The notes under the pieces: generated by a model
The model's input: the letters and a program-made list of their open reading frames with translations, nothing else
Databases searched by the model: none
What the model was told of the DNA's origin: nothing
Position numbers and translations under genes: made by a program
Part shown: one piece after another, positions 29,780-43,989 of the stretch
Layout of the letters: every line of letters starts with the position of its first letter
Numbering within the stretch: the stretch's first letter is position 1
NCBI GenBank assembly: GCA_964016885.1
Contig: OZ024746.1
Span: 88,722,001-88,786,000, forward strand
Source of the DNA: Eledone cirrhosa
Taxonomy: Eukaryota
Direction of reading: 5' to 3'
DNA: 64,000 nucleotides

Positions 29780-31200
29780 TGGATGCCACATTTTAGGCAT
29801 CCCGAGACCACAAAAACGGTCCTGGCGGGGACGAGATTTCGACAATTTGCAACTGGAAATGTACAACACTGAAAGACAAGGATGTAGTGGTTGTATCTAG
29901 ATTCTTACCACCTAGGTATAGTCAGGGTTTCTTCAACAGGGAGACAACGGCCCCGATTATAAAGGTAGCCATCTGACACCGTCAATGGATATGCTATATG
30001 GCTGGCAAACGGGGTGTATGGATATTGGCGAGTTGAAACTAGCTGTCAAATAGTTTGGCTGTCTACCCGGACGCCACCCAGGCAACCAAATATTCACATT
30101 GCTGCAGATCTTTGAGATGTTATGGGACAATTGCAAAGCGTTGATTGTTTTCCGTAGATCTCAAAAAGCCATATGTCAGCATCTCTCACAGGAACTATTG
30201 TGGAATGTTCTGCGGTAGTATGGGATCAATTAACAGCTTCAGTTCGCCATGATGTCTCTATATGAATTCCCCAGTATTTCTATTCCATATATAGAGCTAA
30301 TTCGAAATCATTCAAAGTGGGTGTCAGATCCTCCAAAGATGCATACTGTCACTTCCCCTGATCGAAATCCAGATGAACAGCATTAACATGAGCAGCGAAG
30401 TCGGAAGTGGTATCATGATTGTTGGGTGTAGGATCACCGGTTGGACTTTGCAGACGGCATGGCATTTGTTGACCTGTCGGAAGATGATGTCCGACATAAA
30501 TCCTACCTGTTTGTTGGCGAGTGCTGCACTGCAGGAATATATATCAGTGCAGCGAAGACTGAGACTATTAGTCCATGAGAAAACCCTACACATTGCACTC
30601 TGTAAGTGGAAATCCAATGAATTAGGTTGAGAAATTCAAGTGGTCTGGTGCTGAATTACAAAGAAGAAATGTAGAAACTTATAGAGTAATTCACCAAATT
30701 CCGCATTCGTCATCAGAATAAGAAGTAGGTCCAAACGCGAAACTTCACTTTTTAATTCAGTATTTGTACCAACCCTTACATTTATTAAGTAATGACCGGA
30801 AAAATCGACTCTGAATAAATGAGCCCGAAATGATGTTCTTCCGAAGAGTCTCTGGATGGTTAGCGTAGTTCGGAGACCACTGTGTCTCTCCAGAAAGAAC
30901 CTCTACTTATCCTAATTGAGGCATCACAGTCCTGATACTAAGATCATGAAGTTAGAATGTTTCCGGAAATAATCGCTGGACACATTTTACGGGTAAAACC
31001 AACTGGAAAGAGACCAAGGGCTAGACCATGAACATGATGGTTGGATAATATCCATGAAATGAGCTGGTCTTGTTTAGGGATTCAGCCGGATCATTTATAG
31101 ACGGTTGCTTCTGACAGAACACCCTGGAAGACGTGCTTGAGAAAACTGGTTGCAGGACCCTTCCAGAGATAAGTGGTTTACGAAGAAAAGAAATGAAGAA
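29780..31200 (+). mobile_element. Decayed RTE-clade LINE (RT and C-terminus)
   Basis: FGCLPGRHPGNQIFTLLQIFE, VDLKKPYVSI (DL.KAYD motif) at ~30055-30185; KPTGKRPRARP*T*WLDN at ~30995-31050. Confidence 0.75.
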
Positions 31201-32639
31201 AATAAAAATAAAACACATAAAGCTAGAAATGCCTGCAAAATTACCGTTAAATGTCCACCTAAAATCACAATCCGAAATATTCTTCTAAGCAAAGAAGGTG
31301 AGATGTTCATAATGGGAACTTGTATTTTATTTTTATTTCGTCATACATCTGCCCTACCTTGTCTGATTTGCGACAAACTAAATGACGCAACTTCAAGAGA
31401 TGTAGGGTTTTACGACCTAAATTGACAGTATTATATTAAAATAAAATATTAGGTTTTGAAAACATTGGGAATATAATATGTATATATTATTGAATCTATC
31501 ACCGTTATTTTTATGATGCGCTCCTTTTGTTCAAATGATAGAACAGGTTTCTACTGAAATAAAGATGTAACTACGCATTCCACATACACATGTCGCATTA
31601 TCGTTCTCACGATGATTTTCTGCTATACGTTATGGGAGCAGGCTGGTCTTTTAGATAAAGTTATATTATATTCAACGGATTTCTAAATAGATTTCATTGA
31701 CCCTACTTAGTGGTATGACGTTTGACCGGGATGTTTTGAATTGTGATCAAATCTACGTCTGAATTATGACGTATTTTAATACTTAATGATTAGGTCAAGC
31801 TGTCTTCACTTAGAAACTATATTCTATCATAAAACTGAAATGTTTTCCTATCTAATTAATTGTTGGTTTCAAAGAGAAATCGAAACAATTATCAAAATAT
31901 ATCTGATGAGGTTATGACGACGACGTTCTGCCATTTTTATCAACATAAAATGTCACACTTTTCTATTCTGCACAATGATATAACAGTTTTATTTTGTCTT
32001 GTAATTAACTTATTTTCAGCACGTACAATACGATACTGAGCTGATATCTTCCATAATTGCTTCGGTATGTCATTGCTTAAACGACAAGAAGAATTTTAAG
32101 TGCGAATTTACACCATAAGCATTTAGATTCCTAATTAATTGGTTTCACACTTAATCATTATATGAAGCTATAACATAAGATAATTATGATAATAAACATT
32201 TGGAAGCTTTGAAAATATATACTATTATTAACGAAATTGATTATATCCAAGTAACATAGGGAGAAATAATTACTCACTACGTGATAAAATAGTAAAGTAG
32301 CAAATATAAAATTTATTTTATTTTTGCTAATTTAACCAATAAAAAATTATTAGTATTATTAGAAATACAGCTGTTACTTATGATATTAGAAAATGATATT
32401 TGATGAAATATAAAATGGAAATGTAAAACGAAAATATATTAATCCACAATAATGGTTATGCATATTGCTGATGTTAAAGCTAAGAAAAATGATTATTGGA
32501 CACAAGGCTTGAACCAAAATTTAAAATTCAAAAAGCAAAGACAGTGACGATTTAGAAAAAGGGTGTAAAAAGGGAAACAAGTTAACAAGAGACATATATA
32601 TTTATGACTATAAAACTTCCTCAATAGAGGATAGCACCA

Positions 32640-35330
32640 ACCATGGGTAACATAGGAAGCTCACAGATCATAAAGCATTCTAATCTATAAGTCCACCACA
32701 AGAAGGTACCTCGCTCTTATTTAAATTCTGCAGCTCACCTGCTCATGATCAGGGTAGTCTCATTCACTCGGGCCTTGATGGCTTCACAAATCTACTCGAG
32801 GGACAACACTTAATCTTTAATCTCTTATTTCCTTCCAGCTAGAAGTTGAAAAAGTTGTTGAAAGTTTAGCCGAAGAGGAACGTGTCTGTCTTCAGTCCTT
32901 TGAGTCACTTCCACCACATATATTTCACTACAGCCACCAGAGAGAGAGGAAAACGAGATGCCATTCCCGGTGTAAAGAAAGCGGTGTGCGTGGGTCAATA
33001 GAATTTCCGTCATTTACGTGATAACCACTGTTCGATACATACCCATAAGTCTGTGCAGCACGATCATTAGACGACTGCTTGCATATCGGATTCAATGTAC
33101 TGCACGCGCATCTCATAGCTCTTCCCTGCCATTTCGAAACACCAGTGTCAATGAGAGAACTGCCAAACCAGGTATTTATGGAAGTTGTTCAGCGACCCCG
33201 ATTGGAACGGTCTCCGGAAAACAATTGATGGTTCAATTTCGTCGAAGCTAAAAGCCTCTCTGAGGAAAGGAAGTGATCGCACCATTCCAATAGTAGACCT
33301 CAATAGAACGCTAGAGTGGAACTTACTCTGACCGCATTACCCGCCTTGTAGAGGGCAGTTAGAGCCTAACAATATTCCAAATAATAGCCCCCAGTCTTGG
33401 TATTTGGTTAATGCTCGACCTCAGTTCAGTCAAAGAGACGGGCTTCGAAAAAACTTGTTTCACAAGGCACGTTGGTCAGACTGGTTCGATATATCTGGAG
33501 ATGATGAGGCATCAGGGTATGTTTGGAAATTATTAGTCATGGCATGTCCAGCCGTTGTCTGGGTAGGATGTCTAGCAAATGGACAACTAAACCAACAGAA
33601 TCTATCCCTTCCATAATAATTTGAAGAGACGGTGGTCCGAATTACTGAGGCATTGACGGGGAGCAAGGCATGTTGGTCAGGTTGTAATTGATGGCGGACA
33701 GGAAGTATGCGTTTTCCACCACCACCTGACTATTCATTGCAAACTTCCTCTCGGGCTATTTCTGAGTGAGAGCAGTCACTCAGCTCTTTCACTCTTCCCA
33801 GATTTTTCAACCTGTCGGTCTAGGCAACACAAGAAATCAAGCAATTTCACCAGTCCATTGGTCCGGTGCCCAACGATCCTGTTGAAAGTCATAGATTTAC
33901 CTCTCCCTGTGCCAAACTGCAATCCAACCGACTTTTCCAGGTTGATATTTGCACTCGTCCACCTTTCATTCTGCTCGAACTATTTGATGACAGCCACTAT
34001 TTCCGGATTATTCAATACCAGTATTTCCGCGTATGTCGATGCGCCCCTTCCACGTCCAGGTTTGAAGAGGATGTCCTACATCAACTACAGCTTCAGCAAA
34101 CCTCGCCCGACGGTGAGCTAGTACAGAAAGGAAGAAGGAAGAACACTTTGACTATTGTGTCTTATCTGGAGCGATTTCGAAAGATGGCGCTTTTCTTTAG
34201 CCAGAGTGTAGATGCCCTGGGACATTACAACAACCCAGTCACTAAAGAGAGAACCAAAACCGGATGTCTTGAACACAGCCTCCGGATATCTAATCTCAAG
34301 CCCATCGAATGCTTTCAATTGATCGAAATTGATCAGATGTACTCCCTACCTCATCTATGATGTGGAGTTTATTCTGTATGAACCGGGACTGGATTGCACA
34401 CGTTTGAGCCTCCCACACCATATATGTGACATTAATCACCTGCATCGTTGCTAGTACCAAGTCCAAAAAGTTAAAGTCTGTGTTGATTAGAATTAAAGGC
34501 CGGAAAATATTCATGGTGTTTCACTTGTTCTGTTCATTCCTCATCAGCGTTACTATGCCCTGTCCCACAGAACTGGGAATTCCAAGACATTACAGAACAA
34601 GTCACGCATGTCAACAGATAATTCACAGTGTAGACCATAAAAACTGGGTGATTTGTGTCTCGTACTGCAGGCCACAGCTTCCCGTAACCGGCTCTATTCT
34701 CGGAGGGTGACCGTTTGAAATTGTCAATAACCTATGTTATTTATATCTGCTAATCAAAAACGTCCCTAAATATGATCTAGAAGAGCCTATGCGGTCGGTC
34801 TAGATCCCCGCATACGCATTTGGTTAATCAATTTAGCACAGTTCATATTTTAGAGGACTTTCCATCACTCCACGTCTATCTGCTACTTTTCACACAGTTT
34901 CACCGTGAGTTTAACATTAAAGAGTGAAATCTTCATAGACACGTTTTCAGACACTTGAAGAAAATCCCAGATCTAGCCAAGCCGTGGCGTACACGGCCAT
35001 CAGTCTAAAACAACCATAGCTATTGCTCTGGTCCAAGAAGAATACTGTCCTGCCCAAGGAAGATCACCTATAACTCAAGATTCAAGCCTTTTTCCATAGA
35101 GCACTGCCACTCCACCTCCAGTTCAAGGCTACCCAAGAGATATGTAGATATCCCTGTCATTAAGTACTGGGGATAATGTGCGCGTCTCGAAAATGTTGGT
35201 ACCATTGATGCTATTCACATTCATAGCTAATGAACTGATGTCGTTGAACAAACGGTCCTTTTGCCAGGATCAAATCAAGTCATGTGCAATCATGCAAACC
35301 TCTCTTAATGTTGTCAAAGTGGCCGGTAAG
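32640..35330 (-). mobile_element. Decayed L1/Tx1-clade LINE ORF2
   Basis: QTCAIQSRFIQNKL, KAFDG...GFGSLFSDWVVVM, STYAE (YADD), SANINLEKSVGLQFG; many stops; boundaries approximate. Confidence 0.75.
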
Positions 35331-35849
35331 TGTTACGAAAAATAAGGGGTGGGCTACTTATTGGTCCTGTGCGTTTAGATATCATCGGGGATTTTGACAC
35401 ACATATCGGGTTGGTGGGATTATTTTGGTAACTCCATTAAAAACATTATGGTGGCGTCCATGTTAGAAGCTCCTGTGTCGTGGGCGTACCCTCGCTCATG
35501 ATTTTGATGGGTGGTCTTAATAAGGTTTGGAGTAAGCTGAAAATACAGGTACCAAATATGTACATAGAAGGAGATCAATTGTTCATTTGTCCTCCTGTGT
35601 GTGTGTGTGTGTGTGTGTTTAATAGATTTTGAATTTGAGAGACTATACGAGTTTGTTTATTTTGTTTGTGTTTTCTTTTTGTGGATGGTTGTGGCTATTG
35701 TAGTGCTGGGGCTCTGGCTTGTAGTTCTTTTCTTCGCCGTATATAGTGTTAGTGTTGCAGATGCTGCAATTGGGTTTTATGTCTGTATTCGCACGGCGCA
35801 GGAGGCTTTCTTCCATTCGTTTACGCTTTTGGGGTTCCCTCCATTCCTC

Positions 35850-36560
35850 AGTACTCGAAGAGTTTGATTAGTCTGACACTACTGTACGCTGTCGGGTGGT
35901 TCTCTGTTGTTGTTAACAGTTGCTCTTGTTGCGGCATTTGGCGTATTGGTATTGGCACCAATGAGGGTCCTGTGTTTCTCTTTCTTCTGTTCAGTGTTAA
36001 TATTTTCCTGCACGAATAACACCGTAGCTCAACGAGTACGCTTACAGCCACGCCACTCGGTAGGTGATGAGATAAGCAATAGTTTCTGTCTTGTTGCGGT
36101 ATAATGTCTTGTAGGATCTCTAAATATATCCCCGACTATTGATCCCTCCGTGTACACCCGACTTCCTAAGTTTTGTCACTATCCACTTACAAAACACATG
36201 CCAGGCTCCACCAGATATCCAATCACGGCAAGATACCGACTATATGGTCTCGTGTAGTTGTTCATCCTTCGTATGATGTATACAAAATAAATTGGTCTGT
36301 CCGAAGAAGGCTAGATGGTCAGAGCTTCGTGTTTGAAAACTGCTGAAATGCCCGCATTATACTTTGCTCTATCTGAATTCTCTACACCGGGCACTATGCC
36401 TTTCAATATTCTTTCGCACTCACTTTTCCATGCCACATCTATAAGTCTCAATTATATAGATATAATTCTGAAGATCAGACAATATTCTTTATTTGCTGCG
36501 AAGATCTTGAGTGTCACGGCTATTCCAGTTCTTGTATTTTGCCAAGTTATTTAAATCGTT
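35850..36560 (-). mobile_element. Possible ORF1 relic of the adjacent LINE
   Basis: ELRCYSCRK zinc-knuckle-like start, same strand and upstream of the ORF2 relic; weak. Confidence 0.25.
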
Positions 36561-37919
36561 TCTTGTGCTAAATGGTGATCTTTGTTTCAATGTATGTCAA
36601 TGGTCCATAATTCAGCATCTTTAGGAAGAGTGTCTGCGAAAGTGATGTTATTGTTTATCGTGTAGCTATTAATGGTGTTGATGCTGTATCAAATGTTATA
36701 ATCAATGTTGTTGTTGCTGTTGTTTACTTAAGTTATAATTATGTTTCTTACATTTGTTAGTTTTTTGTATATTTGCTTATATCTTTGTTCTTGTAGTGAA
36801 AAGATTGTTGGTTGTAGTGTTGTTGCTTTTGGAGAGGGATGATGGGGGTTACCATGCTGGTGGTTTGGGTTATGCATACAATTATGGTGTTGGCATCGGT
36901 GACGTACACGATTGAAAACTTTGGCAGTGGAGAAAATTTAAATATATGCATACATGCTATGGATCGTGATGTTTGATTTTGATTGTTATTGTTGATACAT
37001 TGCTGCTGTTGTTGTTGTTGTTGTTGTTGCTGATCTTGTCATTAATCCTGCTGCTCTTGGCTATGTCTGTTTCGTTGGTGGTAAGAGTTATGAGGATTTT
37101 ATTCTTGTATATTTCGGCGCCGTTGCTCTTTCTAGGAAGTAAACCTTTATTACAGAATGGATGGATGTAGTTGAAGCAACAAAATAAGGGTCGATTACAG
37201 GGCCAACCCTGAACGAAAAAAACACCAACTCCCTCAGAATTTGGTTGGTCTAGTCACAGAAATAGCACACCCTTAAAGATAATTATTTCACAACAGGGGA
37301 AACTGAACAAAACTTACGGAGCGGAAACAGCGTCGCTTGTCGTCCAGAAGGAACAACAACAACATCAGCAATAAAAGCAATTCAACAACAACAAAAACAA
37401 TAAAATAACAATGACGATGACAGTTTATAAGTGCCGACAAGTCGATTATAAATAATCGCGCACACAAACGTATATTTATTTTATGATTTTTTATAAAGTC
37501 AACAGTAAATGATAAAGAACACAGGAGAAATAAATCACAGATAGAAATAAATAGGTTATGAATATAAATGTGAATCAGAAGAATATTATATCTATGATTC
37601 AAGTTATAGATAATTTAAAAACACAAAATAAATGTCATTTTCTTAACGAAATATACAAGTAAATGTCGGCTTGCTTCAGTCTTGTAACAACAGGATTTTC
37701 AATATATAACGATAAAAGAAATCTAAGTGACGGCTGTATAAAATATATGGGTTTTGCAAGGAAATATTTTTATTTCATATTTTTCGTTTTGATGTGAATT
37801 TATATTATTGTATATATTGTCATTCATAGAGACCTACGCACGCACACACACACACACATATACACACATATATGTATATATATATATATACTGTATATGG
37901 TGTGTGTGTGTGTGTGTGT

Positions 37920-37964
<45 letters not shown>

Positions 37965-38588
37965 ATATATATATATATATATATATATTGGTAAACGGAA
38001 TAGAAAATGCTGACAAATTGTTCACAGTTGAAAAATGGTTTAATTAGGAATAAAAGAGTATTAGTGATTGTATGGGTTAGTATTCAGTTGTGGTTTTAAG
38101 TTTTTAAGTTTTTACCGGTTGCGCATTTCTAAATGCTTTTCAAAAATAATTTTGAGATAGAGTGTCCGTGCTGTTTGCTCTGATCGGATTAGTTTTGGGA
38201 ATTCTACCTGTTTTTATGTTAAAAAAGTGGCTCCAGCGTTACTTTGGTGTTGCAAAATTTCTTGTGGTCAAAACAATTTTGATTGGTCGGTAGAGGTCAT
38301 GTGAGTGTAAAAAATTGATTTTGCGCCAAGACTGTTTTTATGTTAAAAAAGTGGCTCCAGCAACAATTCTGTGGTCAAAACAATTTTGATTGGTCGGTAG
38401 AGGTCATGTGAATAAAAAATTGGTTTTGCGCCAAGATTGAGAAATGACTCTTTCACAACAAATATGTGTGTGTGTGTGTGTGTGTCTGTGAGTGTGTGTG
38501 TTGTGTGTGTAGTAGTAGTAGTAGTAGTAGTAAGGTGTTCGATGTTGTGATAATGGTTAGCAGCGATGTGTGTCAAATGGCTATTGAG

Positions 38589-38673
<85 letters not shown>

Positions 38674-39055
38674 GCAGAGTAATTCGTGGTGGCAGGGATG
38701 TCAGTAAGAATGTGTCTGAAAGCAATTATATTTTAGCATGTCAAAAAAGATATTTTTCAGCTTTTGTCTTATACGGAGAAGTGCGTGTGTGTGTGTATAT
38801 AAGTCCCTTTGTATGTTGATGTACGCGTGTGTATGTGTGTGTGTATATATGTGTATGTGTGTGTGTGTGTATGTGTCTGTGTGTGGGTGGACCAGTATTT
38901 TTTCCCCCTGGTAAAATGGTGTACATTATTCGATTTTTTCAGTAAAATCGGTTCTCTTAATAGAACATCAAAAATCTTAACAATAAAAGTGTGAAATGAT
39001 ATTCACTATATATATATACACACATACATATATTCACTATATACATATATACATA

Positions 39056-39127
<72 letters not shown>

Positions 39128-39277
39128 TACATATATATACACATATATATGCACATATATTTTTTTGTGTTGCACCATAGAGCATGTGTGTTTACGTATG
39201 TCATTGTGTTTATATGTGGGTAGAGATGTGTGCTGATGTAGGTATGTATGTTGACGTGTGTATGTTGTGGGTTCGTC

Positions 39278-39978
39278 TTAGGGAGAAGTGTTTAGACGGG
39301 GTCCGTATTTGTTAATGAAGTAAGATTCCTTGCTGATGCGCTGGGTGTGGGTGGCATTATCTTTAAATTTGTAGAGGGGAAAGATTCTGAAGTTGGGATG
39401 ATTTGGGGCGGCACAGGTATCAATGTGTTCACTCAGTGGTATTTTCTTGTATTCCCGTATTTTAATTTGGGATCTATGGACAGTCATGCGTTGGCGGAGG
39501 CTGTTTTTGGTCTGGCCTATGTATTGTTCTCGACAACCTGAACAAGTTAATACATATATTAGATTTTCCGATGCACATGTGAAATTGTGTTTTACTATAA
39601 AACGTTGTCCATCTTTGAAATAGAATTCCGAACCCTCTATTAGGTTGATGCAAATGCATCGCATTTTTTTACTGTGGGTTTCGTTGTTGTGGTTGGCAGT
39701 ACTTTGGCATGGGTTAAGATGTTTTTCATTGACTTGGATTGTCTTTTGCTCTTTATGATATCGTGTGTTCGTAGAATTTGGTTCATTCTATGGTCATTTT
39801 TCAATAAAGGGATGTTCTGGAGGATGGTGTCAAAGGCCTCATTGTTGAGGGGGTTGTGTGTGGAGATGTATGGAAGAGCTTTTAGTTTTGGTTGATTTAC
39901 TTTAGGGTGTCTAAGGTCCTGGGTACTGAGTTTTAGGGCACGTTGGATTCCATTGTCAATTAGTGATGCAGGGTAGTC
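39278..39978 (-). pseudogene. PLE thumb/linker and GIY-YIG endonuclease, one frameshift near 39660
   Basis: DYPASLIDNGIQRA, LPYISTHNP, KRQSKSMKNIL, KKC..CICI, FTCASENLIYVLTCSGCREQYIGQT...RQRMTVHR...RISKESYFI...PRLN. Confidence 0.93.
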
Positions 39979-40166
39979 ACATATATACACACACACATAC
40001 ACACGCGTACATCAACATACAAAGAGACTTATATACACACACACACACACACGCACATCTCCGTATAAGACAAAAGCTGAAAAATATGTTTTGACATGCT
40101 AAAATACCCCCCATTGCTTTCAGACACATTCTTACTGACCATCCGTGCCACCACGAATTACTCTGC

Positions 40167-40267
<101 letters not shown>

Positions 40268-40710
40268 ATCTCAATAGCCATTTGACACACATCGCTGCTA
40301 ACCATTATCACAACATCGAACACCTTACTACTACTACTACTACTACTACTACACACACACACACACACAGACACACACACACACACACACATATTTGTTG
40401 TGAAAGAGTCATTTCTCAATCTTGGCGCAAAACCAATTTTTTATTCACATGGCCTCTACCGACCAATCAAAATTGTTTTGACCACAAGAATTGTTGCTGG
40501 AGCCACTTTTTTAACATAAAAACAGTCTTGGCGCAAAATCAATGTTTTACACTCACATGACCTCTACCGACCAATCAAAATTGTTTTGACCACAAGAAAT
40601 TTTGCAACACCAAAGTAACGCTGGAGCCACTTTTTTAACATAAAAACAGGTAGAATTCCTAAAACTAATCAGATCAGAGCAAACAACACGGGCACTCTAT
40701 CTCAAAATTA

Positions 40711-40747
40711 TTTTTGAAAAGCATTTAGAAATGCGCAACCGGTATAA
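40711..40747 (+). ncRNA. Hammerhead-like motif with U3-A8 and GCAA core (family A)
   Basis: ttt-TTGAAAA-gcattt-ag-aaatgc-GCAA-ccgg-TA; same core at 15683-15719 (-), 38110-38146 (-) and 55272-55307 (+). Confidence 0.55.
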
Positions 40748-40908
40748 ACTTAAAAACTTAAAACCACAACTGAATACTAACCCATACAATTACTAATACT
40801 CTTTTATTCCTAATTAAACCATTTTTCAACTGTGAACAATTTGTCAGCATTTTCTATTCCGTTTACCAACATATAATAACTTGGGTGTTACACCTCTATT
40901 CTTTTAAC

Positions 40909-40984
<76 letters not shown>

Positions 40985-40987
<3 letters not shown>

Positions 40988-41360
40988 ATAGTAACAAATT
41001 TGAAGACTAAAATCCAAACAGGGCTCGATATGGATAAATATATATCAAATATATAAGAACCGTAGAGCAAATAATTATTAAAATGACAGATTAAAGTTTA
41101 AGCAAAGAATCGCTGCTTTCACCCTTAACCGGATCTTCTGAAACTAACAAAGTCAATCTGTAAACGCAGAAGTCGATATTTCAAAAAACGTTGCAACCGG
41201 AGGAAGACAGGAAGACGATACTTTGGTTCGTGGAAACGTTCGCTGGCAAAGAACGGGAAAAAACGAATATAATACGTCATTAATAGGAGCGGTGAAAATC
41301 AATTACGCGCTAAGACAGAACCACGTTTATGGTATGAAAGAGGTCGTAGACTAATGTTCT

Positions 41361-41363
<3 letters not shown>
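40985..41363 (-). mobile_element. Family B pseudo-LTR-like repeat with CAGAAGA HHR motif at 41096-41144
   Basis: High similarity to 21510-21797; (TA)n on both sides. Confidence 0.78.
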
Positions 41364-41397
<34 letters not shown>

Positions 41398-41587
41398 TAA
41401 TAAAAATAATGAATAAAAACAAAGAAACAGTTCCTTATATTTAAAAATTCATCATTTTACGATCGTTTCTAGGATATATATCTTAGTGTTGGTATGTATA
41501 TCATATAGATATATGTAAAATGTTTACAAACTACTAGAGGGAATATACATACCTACACATATATATGCTGTCTTCAGAAATATCTAC

Positions 41588-41622
<35 letters not shown>

Positions 41623-41702
41623 CACACATATATATATATATAGGTAGAGTATGGAACAATATTTGTTTAATGTTCTTGTGAAGTGAGACATGTTAACATA
41701 TA

Positions 41703-41836
41703 TTTGTTTCTACTCTTGGCACAAGGCCAGTAATTATGCAAGTGTATTACTGGGGCTTTATTATATCAACCCTATAACGATGAAAGGCAAAATTATCAAT
41801 GGCGGGATTTGAACTAAGAACCTAAAGGGCCATAAT
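41703..41836 (-). mobile_element. SINE, 5'-truncated and diverged
   Basis: gtttctactcttggcacaaggccag...ggcgggatttgaac. Confidence 0.8.
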
Positions 41837-42311
41837 GTTAATGTACAATGTTGGGTTTAGCCGTTTTTCATAATATTCTGAAAGAACATATAAGAGATAC
41901 TGAAAAAATGGGTAAAAGAAAAATAGGAATAGATAAGGAAACAAGCACGCGGCAAAAGACATGCACATCATGCCTCTCTGTCTGTCGCTCTCTCTCTCTG
42001 TCCATCTCTCTCTCTCTCTCTCTCCTCTATATCTATCCCTCTCTCTCTGTCTCACTCACTCGTTCTCTCTCTCTAGCTTTCTAACTATCTATCTGTGTGT
42101 CTATCTATATATCTATCTGTCTATCTGCCTGTCTCACTCTATTGTAGAAGCATTTTTTTTATTTTAAAATAAGCAGAATCTTTCGAAATTTATTTGTAGA
42201 CGTGCACTAATGCATACCTTGGGTGTAGAGTTGTAGGGTAGCACGTTTGCGGGTACGATTATGCAAAAGAGTGAATCGTTATACTTAAATATTTTAATGC
42301 ATGATCTAAAT

Positions 42312-42650
42312 AATTGTTTCTAATTTTGGCACAAGGCCAGCAATCATCCCAGTGTATGACTGGTACTTTATTTTACCGACCTCGTAAGGAATAAAGGCAA
42401 AGTTAACCTCGGCGGGATTTGAACACAGACCATAAAGAGCCGTAACTATTTGCTGCAAAGCATGGCGTCCGACCCTCTACCAATACTGCCAACCCACCCG
42501 TTGCATGATCTAAATAATTGTTTCTACTTTTGGCACAAGGCCAGCAATCATCTTAGTATATTACTGGTACTTTATTTTATCGACCCCGTAAGGATAAAAG
42601 GCAAAGTTAACCTCGGCGGGATTTGAACACAGACCATACGGGGCCGTAAC
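42312..42650 (-). mobile_element. Tandem SINE pair (42312-42499 full, 42516-42650 partial)
   Basis: Both copies are preceded by gcatgatctaaataattgtttct. Confidence 0.9.
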
Positions 42651-42727
42651 ACTGATCTAAATTATGACAAGACATATGCTTCTCGATTGATGTCTGAATC
42701 AATAACATTACTTGCTCACCAATTAAG

Positions 42728-42998
42728 GCATCCGGTGTAGCATTCAAACACCATGCTTTGCAGGATAGAGTTATGGCTCTTTATATTCTGATTTAAATTC
42801 CCGCCGAAGTTAGCTTTGCGTTTCATCCTTACGCGTTCGATAAAATAAAGCACGATTAATGCACTGGGGTAATTGTTGGCCTTGTGCAAAACGTAGCATC
42901 AAATATTTATATGGCGGTGGATTGGCAGTATCGGTAAAGCGCCAGACAAAATGCTTCGCAGCATTCAGTTATGGCCCTTGTGCCCGAAATTAGAAACA
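42728..42998 (+). mobile_element. Two SINE copies (42728-42903 diverged; 42912-42998 internally deleted)
   Basis: Core tttcatccttacgcgttcgataaaat; head ggcggtggattggcagtatcgg joined directly to tail ggcccttgtgcccgaaattagaaac. Confidence 0.85.
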
Positions 42999-43989
42999 AT
43001 TATTATTTATTTCTGAAATATGTAACTTATTACTAGTATTATTCGTTGACCTCCTTCAGGATTGATCTCAATACCTAGTTTAGTCAAGATGGCGGACCAC
43101 ACACATCTCCTTCTACCCCACTCGCTATCTCACACACATACATAAACGCGCGCACACAGAAAACATCTAATGTAGACAGCCGAGCACAGTTCTAAGGAAT
43201 ACCTTTTTTTTCATATACTCGGGGGAAAATAACTGATTTGCAATTGTTACTCATGTTAAGGAATGAAAGAAATATAAGCCTGAAATTCAAAATAACGAAA
43301 CATGATATACCAACATAAAATCTGTTTGATGTATGGCAGATAGATTCTCAATTCCGATACGATTTTAATGATATAAAGGTTAAATCACACCTTACAAATG
43401 TTAGTATTACTTGTGGTGATATAGTTTATGTTATTTGTAACATGGACATGCTTGATTTAGTTTAACAATATATGTTGCCAATACTATTTGTATCTAATTG
43501 CTTTGCTATCGGGTATAAACATAATTACGCCTTTAATAAAACTATTTCAAACTAAGACACCTGTACAGAGCATATTATTTAACTCGTATTCCTGTTAAAA
43601 GAAATGTCTCGCTATGTGAGAGGAGATATATTGCTATAGCTATGTTGATGGAAGATTAAACACACAAATGTACATATATATAAGCATTACCTCCAGAAAA
43701 TGATGTCCATTAGTATCGAACCGGTCAGACAATTATCTGCTTAACATTTTGAACAAATGTTGTGGGCTGGCCAACAAGTGATATGAGGTTCTACTTGACA
43801 GTAGATAAGTAGTGAGTCTTTATTCGAAACTACCCTGGAAGGCTTTAGCTGCCGATAACGTCTCTAATCAAGAGGAAGCGATACTATATTTCAATAGATA
43901 TAAAAATGATCGAACTCATCTCTAGAACAGCCGGCTAAATACCGACAAGTGATTGAGACCATCGGCCAGTGTTTGACAAGAGACAATCA

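Noticed and set aside
31900-31940. CTGATGA boxes here and at ~30710(-), ~34540(-) and 58237
   Set aside because: No stem II plus GAAA plus UH in register; expected by chance
36970-37060. Poly-Leu signal-peptide-like ORF
   Set aside because: Produced by a (TTG)n repeat
38210-38440. CRISPR-like repeats
   Set aside because: Two-unit tandem duplication without unique spacers; eukaryotic context and no cas genes
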